Assembly: GCA_900617105.1 (NCBI GenBank)
Contig: UYFQ01000057.1
Coordinates: forward strand, 1 to 64,000
Source of the DNA: Hydrurus foetidus
Lineage: Eukaryota
Reading direction: 5' to 3'
DNA: 64,000 bases
The translations under genes were made by a program, and so were the position numbers. Below, piece by piece: positions 29,555-36,160 of this stretch. Every line of letters begins with the position of its first letter. The stretch's first letter is position 1. The notes under the pieces are model-generated. The model searched no databases. It was given only the letters and a program-made list of their open reading frames with translations, and was not told where the DNA came from.

Positions 29555-29569
29555 GTTAGGCAGCAGAAA

Positions 29570-29983
29570 ATGCGCGCGCCCGGCCCCTTGAATAACATGA
29601 CCCAGTTGGTGTTTTGCCGCGACAACGTTGATCCTGACCTTGTGACGAACAGGCTTGGGTTGATGCCGTCAGAAACCTTAAAGCGCGGTGAACATGCAAA
29701 GACTGGCGTTAGAGCGGGGTCCCCTTCGGCGGTTGGCCTGTGGAAATTGGATCTGCCAGAGGCGGGCGAAGATCTTACGGTTGAAGAGCAATTGGCTAAG
29801 TGGGTCGAACTCCTTCAGCCAAGGTCTGCGGCGCTAAAGTGTCTGCGACAGGAGGGTTACGCGCCTTACCTAGACTGCAGAGCCGAGAGAGGCTCGTTGT
29901 CGCTTTGCATTTCGCCTTGCTTGCTCGCGTCACTTGGTGAGCTGAATGTTTCCCTTAGCATATGGCTGTATGAGCAACCGTGA
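29570..29983 (+). CDS. Cassette 3 DUF4279-like protein
   Basis: DPDLVTNRLGLMPSETLKRG...W and C-terminal LGELNVSLSIWLY pattern; start may be 29597. Confidence 0.75.
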   Translation: MRAPGPLNNMTQLVFCRDNVDPDLVTNRLGLMPSETLKRGEHAKTGVRAGSPSAVGLWKLDLPEAGEDLTVEEQLAKWVELLQPRSAALKCLRQEGYAPYLDCRAERGSLSLCISPCLLASLGELNVSLSIWLYEQP

Positions 29984-29992
29984 CAGTCAGCC

Positions 29993-30079
29993 GCCTAACG
30001 GGTCGGCCAACACAGACCCACAACAGCAGATGGCGGCTCCGCCGCATCTGTTGTGGTCTGGTTGCCTCAAACGTTGAAC
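29993..30079 (+). repeat. attC site 3
   Basis: GCCTAAC...GTTGAAC, 87 bp. Confidence 0.92.
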
Positions 30080-30704
30080 TAAACCGCTGACGCGGTGGTT
30101 GATACAAGCAGAGCGACACCATGTTGTTTGACTGAAAGTGCGAATTGACAAACTCAGGGCAACAGCGCATCTTTTGCCTTTTGGTGAACATTTCCCGGCC
30201 AGCAGACTTCGAGCGCTAGTCTCCTGCCGCTTATGACCGTCAGGCGGGCCACTGCGTGAGCCCCATCACTATTGGCGGTCCAAATGTTCGCCGGTAACAG
30301 CGCTTCTTTTGAGGACCGCCTTACGCAATAGGTATTGATCTCCATAGTGAGTTCAATTCGGTTGGGGTGCCGGGGGTGAAGCCTTTGCCTTTGAGTTGCG
30401 TAGGACGTGCTTTTTTCTATCGCAATCACTGTTGCGACTCTTAGCAATAGGGAATTGACGGTTTGTCGACCCTGGGAGCAGACTGAACAGGTCTAGTTCG
30501 CTTCGTCAGGGTCAAATCGCGACTTTTCACGATGTGAGTCGATCCTTACAATCCCCTTTATATTTGCGGGTGGTGGAACGCACCGATCCACTTCAACGCT
30601 GCACGCGGGCACCTCGCGGCGGTTCAGTCCAACATGGTTTATCAGCCGCGGGAGGCGTTTATGGTTTCTACGAGCATTGCAGCGCGGCTGATAAACGCTA
30701 ATCG
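30074..30704 (+). repeat. 631-bp apparently gene-less cassette, copy 1 (attC at 30627-30710)
   Basis: Near-identical to 30705-31335 and 32720-33350; ends in an 84-bp attC, GTCCAAC...TTTATCAGCCGCG/CGCGGCTGATAAA...GTT. Confidence 0.92.
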
Positions 30705-31335
30705 TTGAACTAAACCGCTGACGCGGTGGTTGATACAAGCAGAGCGACGCCATGTTGTTTGACTGAAAGTGCGAATTGACAAACTCAGGGCAACAGCGCA
30801 TCTTTTGCCTTTTGGTGAACATTTCCCGGCCAGCAGACTTCGAGCGCTAGTCTCCTGCCGCTTATGACCGTCAGGCGGGCCACTGCGTGAGCCCCATCAC
30901 TATTGGCGGTCCAAATGTTCGCCGGTAACAGCGCTTCTTTTGAGGACCGCCTTACGCAATAGGTATTGATCTCCATAGTGAGTTCAATTCGGTTGGGGTG
31001 CCGGGGGTGAAGCCTTTGCCTTTGAGTTGCGTAGGACGTGCTTTTTTCTATCGCAATCACTGTTGCGACTCTTAGCAATAGGGAATTGACGGTTTGTCGA
31101 CCCTGGGAGCAGACTGAACAGGTCTAGTTCGCTTCGTCAGGGCCAAATCGCGACTTTTCACGATGTGAGTCGATCCTTACAATCCCCTTTATATTTGCGG
31201 GTGGTGGAACGCACCGATCCACTTCAACGCTGCACGCGGGCACCTCGCGGCGGTTCAGTCCAACATGGTTTATCAGCCGCGGGAGGCGTTTATGGTTTCT
31301 ACGAGCATTGCAGCGCGGCTGATAAACGCTAATCG
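30705..31335 (+). repeat. 631-bp apparently gene-less cassette, copy 2 (attC at 31258-31341)
   Basis: Tandem to copy 1; two single-base differences seen. Confidence 0.92.
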
Positions 31336-31347
31336 TTAAATCGCACG

Positions 31348-31656
31348 ATGACGACCGCCGCATTTCCTAAGCTGCACTTCCGCGAGCCGTTTGTGGATAT
31401 TGTCGCATTCGAGGTTCCTCACAAGGGCTGGTACGACGGTGTCACGGTCGAACTGGAGGATGGGCGGATGGTTCCTCTGTTCTTCTATGACCCAACCCGC
31501 TTGGCCCAGGATCTCGCGTCAGATGCAGCTCAGGGCGAACCCTTTGTTGCCGAACACTTCATGGTCGTGGTGCCAGAAGTGACGGAGGCGGCCATGCGTA
31601 CTGCCATCTCACTCCTTCACAGCAAGGGCTGGTTCAATGCACGCGGTGCGACTTAA
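31348..31656 (+). CDS. Cassette 6 hypothetical protein
   Basis: ORF fills the cassette; stop lies in R''. Confidence 0.8.
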   Translation: MTTAAFPKLHFREPFVDIVAFEVPHKGWYDGVTVELEDGRMVPLFFYDPTRLAQDLASDAAQGEPFVAEHFMVVVPEVTEAAMRTAISLLHSKGWFNARGAT

Positions 31657-31737
31657 CATGCCAATGGACACGGACCCACAACAGCAGGAGGCGGCTTCGC
31701 CGCACGTGTTGGTGGTCCGGTCATCTTCACGTTAATT
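31651..31737 (+). repeat. attC site 6
   Basis: ACTTAAC...GTTAATT, 87 bp, near-identical to attC1. Confidence 0.93.
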
Positions 31738-31743
31738 CTCAAG

Positions 31744-32064
31744 ATGTACAGCTACGAAGACATCAAGGAACGCTCGGCATCAGGTACATCACTGATTCTG
31801 AGCTATACGGATGCGATGGAGATTCTGTACCTCTATGGAGAAAAATCTGTGGTCGTTTCTGGATGGGACGGATGGATCGTTCAGTCAAACGGTGGCTTAA
31901 GGATGTCTCAACGTCATCAGGGGCCAGCAGATATTTCATCAATGCCACAAAAAGCGGCAATTGCCTTGGCAAAGGGAACGATCATGCAGGCACACGTGGA
32001 GTGGGAAGTAAATCCAGAGGATAAAAATGCGCAGTTATTCTTTCATGTCCGTCTACCGAATTAA
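31744..32064 (+). CDS. Cassette 7 hypothetical protein
   Basis: ORF fills the cassette; stop lies in R''. Confidence 0.8.
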   Translation: MYSYEDIKERSASGTSLILSYTDAMEILYLYGEKSVVVSGWDGWIVQSNGGLRMSQRHQGPADISSMPQKAAIALAKGTIMQAHVEWEVNPEDKNAQLFFHVRLPN

Positions 32065-32145
32065 CAGGTTGCTCGACACGGACACGCAACCAAAGACTGC
32101 CCCTTCGCGGCAAGGGTTGCGCGCCTGGCAGCGCCAACGTTGGAC
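32059..32145 (+). repeat. attC site 7
   Basis: AATTAAC...GTTGGAC, 87 bp. Confidence 0.9.
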
Positions 32146-32148
32146 GAC

Positions 32149-32637
32149 ATGAAGTTCCGAGTCCAGACAACTACTGGCGGCGAAGTAGTCTTTGCTGGCG
32201 ATTCAAGGAAAGGGCGGCTTGTCTACTATGGCGTTCCCCCTGAAACAGGCCTTTGGAAAATAGACAACCCAAAATTCGAAGACTTCCTATCAGGTGAGCT
32301 TGGTCTTCGGTCCTTTGGCAGTTCCATTGAAGAGTTCGTTTTTGGACTTGAAATTGCAGAACTGGAAGAGTGGGGTCGATGGTTTAAGGAGACACGAAAC
32401 TATATGAGCTATCGCCCAAAAAGTAAGCAGATCATTTCAGTCGGGCAGATTGAGTGGAAAGACGTGAAGGAGCTTGCAGCGGACGTGCAATTTGAGCAAT
32501 TGAAATTCGCGCTGACTGTGGCAATTGAACGTATTGGCACTCTGAAGCGTAAGCCGAGTGACTTCGACTACGCAAGTTTCGGAGCCGCTGTCCAAGAGTC
32601 GTTGTCGCGCTGTACTTCGGCGATGGTGGCGGCATGA
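32149..32637 (+). CDS. Cassette 8 hypothetical protein (possibly immunity-protein-like)
   Basis: ORF fills the cassette. Confidence 0.8.
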   Translation: MKFRVQTTTGGEVVFAGDSRKGRLVYYGVPPETGLWKIDNPKFEDFLSGELGLRSFGSSIEEFVFGLEIAELEEWGRWFKETRNYMSYRPKSKQIISVGQIEWKDVKELAADVQFEQLKFALTVAIERIGTLKRKPSDFDYASFGAAVQESLSRCTSAMVAA

Positions 32638-32638
32638 C

Positions 32639-32725
32639 GTCCAACAGGTTGTTCGTCTCGGACATGCAGCGGCAGAAGGCCGCTGCGCGGCATGTGCTGC
32701 CCGCCGGACAACGCCAACGTTGAAC
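32639..32725 (+). repeat. attC site 8
   Basis: GTCCAAC...GTTGAAC, 87 bp. Confidence 0.9.
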
Positions 32726-33350
32726 TAAACCGCTGACGCGGTGGTTGATACAAGCAGAGCGACGCCATGTTGTTTGACTGAAAGTGCGAATTGACAAACT
32801 CAGGGCAACAGCGCATCTTTTGCCTTTTGGTGAACATTTCCCGGCCAGCAGACTTCGAGCGCTAGTCTCCTGCCGCTTATGACCGTCAGGCGGGCCACTG
32901 CGTGAGCCCCATCACTATTGGCGGTCCAAATGTTCGCCGGTAACAGCGCTTCTTTTGAGGACCGCCTTACGCAATAGGTATTGATCTCCATAGTGAGTTC
33001 AATTCGGTTGGGGTGCCGGGGGTGAAGCCTTTGCCTTTGAGTTGCGTAGGACGTGCTTTTTTCTATCGCAATCACTGTTGCGACTCTTAGCAATAGGGAA
33101 TTGACGGTTTGTCGACCCTGGGAGCAGACTGAACAGGTCTAGTTCGCTTCGTCAGGGTCAAATCGCGACTTTTCACGATGTGAGTCGATCCTTACAATCC
33201 CCTTTATATTTGCGGGTGGTGGAACGCACCGATCCACTTCAACGCTGCACGCGGGCACCTCGCGGCGGTTCAGTCCAACATGGTTTATCAGCCGCGGGAG
33301 GCGTTTATGGTTTCTACGAGCATTGCAGCGCGGCTGATAAACGCTAATCG
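32720..33350 (+). repeat. 631-bp apparently gene-less cassette, copy 3 (attC at 33273-33356)
   Basis: Dispersed third copy with exact cassette boundaries. Confidence 0.92.
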
Positions 33351-33375
33351 TTAAGCATCCGCTCAACAGCACAAC

Positions 33376-33840
33376 ATGAACCTCGTCCTCGAATCCTCCG
33401 AGCGTGTGCCGTTCTACACAGACATGTGCTCTACGCTCACGGCTATGGGCGTCGAAGCTACTGCGTATGACTGGTTTGTAAGTGACGTCGAGACAAATAT
33501 TGCTGTACCTGCATTAGCCGATGGTGATGTCTGGGTGACCGGCGACGAGCTCTCTCGGATGCTCTCGCACGATATTCAGTTCATCTGGGGTGTGTTCAGC
33601 GCCGTTCCGAAGGGAAAGAGATTTGAAGTTCTTGTTCCACCGGGTGCCGACGGGAATCCGAGTTTTTGGCAACCACCGGCGGCGCGACCACAATTGGAAG
33701 GGGCGTGCTTCGAGATCGTATGTTGGGACAGTTCGGCTACCGTCCTCGTGGGCGTATCGTCTTTTCAAGCTGAACGGTTTTTTGCAACGTATCCAGATGC
33801 GCTGCCTCTTTCGTCCACGTGGCCCAAGGCAAATGCTTAA
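33376..33840 (+). CDS. Cassette 10 hypothetical protein (possibly DUF2691-like)
   Basis: YDWFVSDVE, QFIWGVFSA and EIVCWDSS motifs; stop lies in R''. Confidence 0.8.
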   Translation: MNLVLESSERVPFYTDMCSTLTAMGVEATAYDWFVSDVETNIAVPALADGDVWVTGDELSRMLSHDIQFIWGVFSAVPKGKRFEVLVPPGADGNPSFWQPPAARPQLEGACFEIVCWDSSATVLVGVSSFQAERFFATYPDALPLSSTWPKANA

Positions 33841-33921
33841 CATGCCAATCGACTCGGACCCACAACAGCAGGAAGCGGCTTCGCCGCAGGTTGTTGTGGT
33901 CCGGTCATCTCCACGTTAAAC
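33835..33921 (+). repeat. attC site 10
   Basis: GCTTAAC...GTTAAAC, 87 bp, near-identical to attC1 and attC6. Confidence 0.93.
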
Positions 33922-34049
33922 CGCAAGTGCAGATCAACCATATTCAAACCGAGAGTGCACCGCTTGCTGCGTTTGGTGTCGACGCCGAAAGCTTGCTTAT
34001 CGCCGACAACGTGAATGTCCTCGTCAACCGTTTCGGTTAGCCTCCAACG
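33916..34049 (+). pseudogene. Internally deleted cassette remnant (ORF start fused to the right end of an attC)
   Basis: 134 bp between two GTTAAAC core sites; no R'' or left arm. Confidence 0.6.
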
Positions 34050-34072
34050 TTAAACCGTAGAAGAAATATCGA

Positions 34073-34107
34073 TTGATGCCAATACGTTTTGTATATACAC
34101 TTTGTAT
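34073..34107 (+). promoter_or_regulatory. sigma70 promoter and probable autorepression operator of the TA cassette
   Basis: TTGATG-N17-TACACT overlapped by two ATAC-N5-GTAT palindromes. Confidence 0.65.
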
Positions 34108-34382
34108 ATGGAGTTCACTTGGTCTGAAACGAAGCGTGCAGCGAACATCAAAGCCCATGGGCTTGACTTCCTGGATGCCGCGAGCGTTTTGAAGGCGTGA
34201 CATTTACTTTCGAGGATGACCGTTTCTCCTACTGCGAGCAACGCTTCGTTACGCTGGGCTTGCTCGCTGGCATCACAGTTTCAGTCGTACATACGGAGAG
34301 TGAACATGAAATCCGCGTCATCTCGTTCCGAAGAGCTACCAAGCGCGAGTCGCAAATCTACTTCGATGAAATCCAAAACTGA
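34108..34382 (+). pseudogene. brnT: BrnT-family toxin, frameshifted
   Basis: MEFTWSETKRAANIKAHGLDFLDAASV in one frame; FEDDR..Y.EQRFVTLG..RVISFRRATKRE in another. The shift is at the T run near 34187-34190. Confidence 0.85.
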
Positions 34383-34620
34383 TTGGGTACGCCTGAAGTC
34401 CGGCGTGGGTGAACAAAAGCCGACGTCCGAACACCCAGAGGCGAACGTAAAGCACATTGTTCGCGGCTTGGTTCGCAAAGGTTTGAAGCCGCTACCTGCC
34501 AAAGCGTCCATTTCGCTGCGCGTAGATCAAGATGTGCTTGAATGGTTCAAGGCGCAAGGGACTGGCTATCAGACACGCATCAACACTGTCCTGAGGGCCT
34601 TCCGTGACGCTTCGGTTTAA
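34366..34620 (+). CDS. brnA: BrnA-family antitoxin
   Basis: KTDWVRL and ISLRVDQDVLEWFKAQGTGYQTRINTVLR. Confidence 0.93.
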   Translation: MKSKTDWVRLKSGVGEQKPTSEHPEANVKHIVRGLVRKGLKPLPAKASISLRVDQDVLEWFKAQGTGYQTRINTVLRAFRDASV

Positions 34621-34701
34621 CAGGTTGCTCGTCGCGGACACGCAGCTGCAGTATTTCGCTTCGCGGCCGATGCTGCGCACCGTACAGCTCCGACGTTGAG
34701 G
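34615..34701 (+). repeat. Last attC site (R' runs into an IS-like end)
   Basis: GTTTAAC...GTT|GAGG, 87 bp. Confidence 0.88.
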
Positions 34702-34716
34702 TTGTAAAAAAAACTC
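34698..34716 (+). mobile_element. Relic terminal IR of a related IS1182-like element
   Basis: GAGGTTGTAAAAAAAACTC versus GAGGCTGTAAAAAAACTC at 27762; no transposase or partner IR seen. Confidence 0.7.
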
Positions 34717-34954
34717 TTCAAAGAAATTCCCTATGGATCGCATCAAAAGTCGACGCATCAGAACGCCGCATACGCCACGATCTCCAGCAAGGGAAGGGTT
34801 CGAGTACCCCCGTATCGAAGCGCTTTTTTCGTCGCCAAACAGGCAATCCCACCATTCCAGCGAATAGTAGTCATTTTAGGAAAATGAATGCCGGCTTTCC
34901 GTCTACTGAGGCCTAGACAAGCAACTGCGGCCAGCTAAGAAAATCTCCACTCAT

Positions 34955-35227
34955 ATGACCAATATAGAACTTCAATCGCTCAGGGCAGAAGTAGACGACG
35001 TTGACGCAAAAATTGTCGATCTCTTGGCAAGCCGGTTTCTTATCACGTCCAAGATCGGCAAACTAAAGGCACTGCACGCACTGGACGCCATTGATCCACA
35101 GCGAGAGGCCGCACAAGAGGCACGCTTTCGCGAGCTAGCGCAAAGCAGTGGCCTCAATCCAGATCTCGTTGTTCAGGTATTCCGGCGCGTCATTGATGAA
35201 GTCGTTCGCAATCACCGCGAGTTCTAA
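34955..35227 (+). CDS. Stand-alone AroQ-type chorismate mutase
   Basis: LRAEVDDVDAKIVDLLASRF..IGKLK..DPQRE. Confidence 0.88.
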   Translation: MTNIELQSLRAEVDDVDAKIVDLLASRFLITSKIGKLKALHALDAIDPQREAAQEARFRELAQSSGLNPDLVVQVFRRVIDEVVRNHREF

Positions 35228-35272
35228 GCTCTCCTGAAACCCATCACGGCAGACATAGTGTCCAATACCCCC

Positions 35273-35485
35273 ATGGACACCACAGAACGCACCGAACAGC
35301 GCATCACCGAGCTGGAAATCAAGGCCAGCTTTGCTGAAGACGCGCTGGACCAACTCGACAAAATCATTGTTCGCCAGCAAGCGCAAATCGACCTGCTGAT
35401 TCGTGAACTCACGCACCTGCGCCAGCAGGCCAGCGAACCGGCTGCGGCGCGCAACTTGCGTGACGAGCTACCACCCCATTACTAA
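35273..35485 (+). CDS. slyX: SlyX family protein
   Basis: RITELEIKASF...DELPPHY. Confidence 0.92.
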   Translation: MDTTERTEQRITELEIKASFAEDALDQLDKIIVRQQAQIDLLIRELTHLRQQASEPAAARNLRDELPPHY

Positions 35486-35512
35486 CCTTTCAATGTTTAA
35501 ACGGAGCCCCGT

Positions 35513-36148
35513 ATGAGTCTGCAAACCTGGTGGTTGTTTGTGATGATGACGTTTGTGGTGTCTGCCACGCCGGGCCCCAACATGCTGCTGGTGATGAGCA
35601 CCAGCGCACGCCAGGGCTTGCGCACCGCGGTGATCAGCATGGCGGGCTGCATGACGTCGCTGATGCTGATGTTGGGCCTGTCGGCCGCGGGGCTGGGTGC
35701 CTTGCTGCAGGCCTTTCCCGCCGTGTTTGACGCCTTGCGACTGGTGGGCGCCGGCTATCTGGCCTACCTGGGTGTGCAAGTCTGGCGCTCGCCAGTGCAA
35801 GAGAACACCGAGGCACCTACGGACACCACGGCCGCCGTCGCACCACCGGCCAACGCCTGGGCCTTGTACCGGCAAGGCGCGCTGGTGGCGGCCAGCAACC
35901 CCAAGGCCCTTCTTTTTGCTGCGGCGTTCTTCCCCCAATTCATCCACCCCGAGCAACCGCAGTTGCTGCAGTTCGCCATTCTGCTGGGCACCTTTGCGGT
36001 GATAGAGGTGAGCTGGTATTTTGTGTATGCGGCTAGCGGCAAAAAGCTGGCGCACTACCTGCGCCGTGCCAGCGTGATGAAAACCTTCAACCGGGTGACC
36101 GGTGGGGTGTTTGTGGGCTTTGCCGCGCTGATGGCCAGCACCCGCTAA
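35513..36148 (+). CDS. LysE/RhtB family exporter
   Basis: TPGPNM, GAGYLAYLG, NPKA. Confidence 0.93.
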   Translation: MSLQTWWLFVMMTFVVSATPGPNMLLVMSTSARQGLRTAVISMAGCMTSLMLMLGLSAAGLGALLQAFPAVFDALRLVGAGYLAYLGVQVWRSPVQENTEAPTDTTAAVAPPANAWALYRQGALVAASNPKALLFAAAFFPQFIHPEQPQLLQFAILLGTFAVIEVSWYFVYAASGKKLAHYLRRASVMKTFNRVTGGVFVGFAALMASTR

Positions 36149-36160
36149 CGATTCGCCGGG

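Larger units (their letters stand above)
26746..34701 (+). mobile_element. Integron gene-cassette array (12 units) with no adjacent intI
   Basis: Eleven 84-87-bp imperfect palindromes bounded by ..AAC and GTT.., each following an ORF or cassette. Each R'' is complementary to the start of its own cassette. Confidence 0.93.

Noticed and set aside
30154..30447. 97-aa minus-strand ORF (also 30785-31078 and 32800-33093) as the cassette gene
   Set aside because: It has a TTG start, no clear RBS, no recognisable motif and reverse orientation. Its recurrence only reflects DNA identity. It is not fully excluded, and a 63-aa ATG version remains testable.
30074..30704. Group IIC-attC intron remnant or MITE
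   Set aside because: There is no RT ORF, no convincing domain V/VI and no target duplication. The unit ends in its own attC like a normal cassette.
30074..31335. Tandem 631-bp duplication as an assembly artefact
   Set aside because: The copies differ at specific bases, the boundaries coincide exactly with recombination crossover points, and a third copy lies in a different context. A read check is still advisable.
27139..34701. Recurring ~87-bp palindromic repeats read as a CRISPR array or REP cluster
   Set aside because: The intervening units are mostly 300-630 bp and ORF-sized, the repeats have AAC/GTT core boxes matching cassette starts, and no cas genes are present. They are attC sites.
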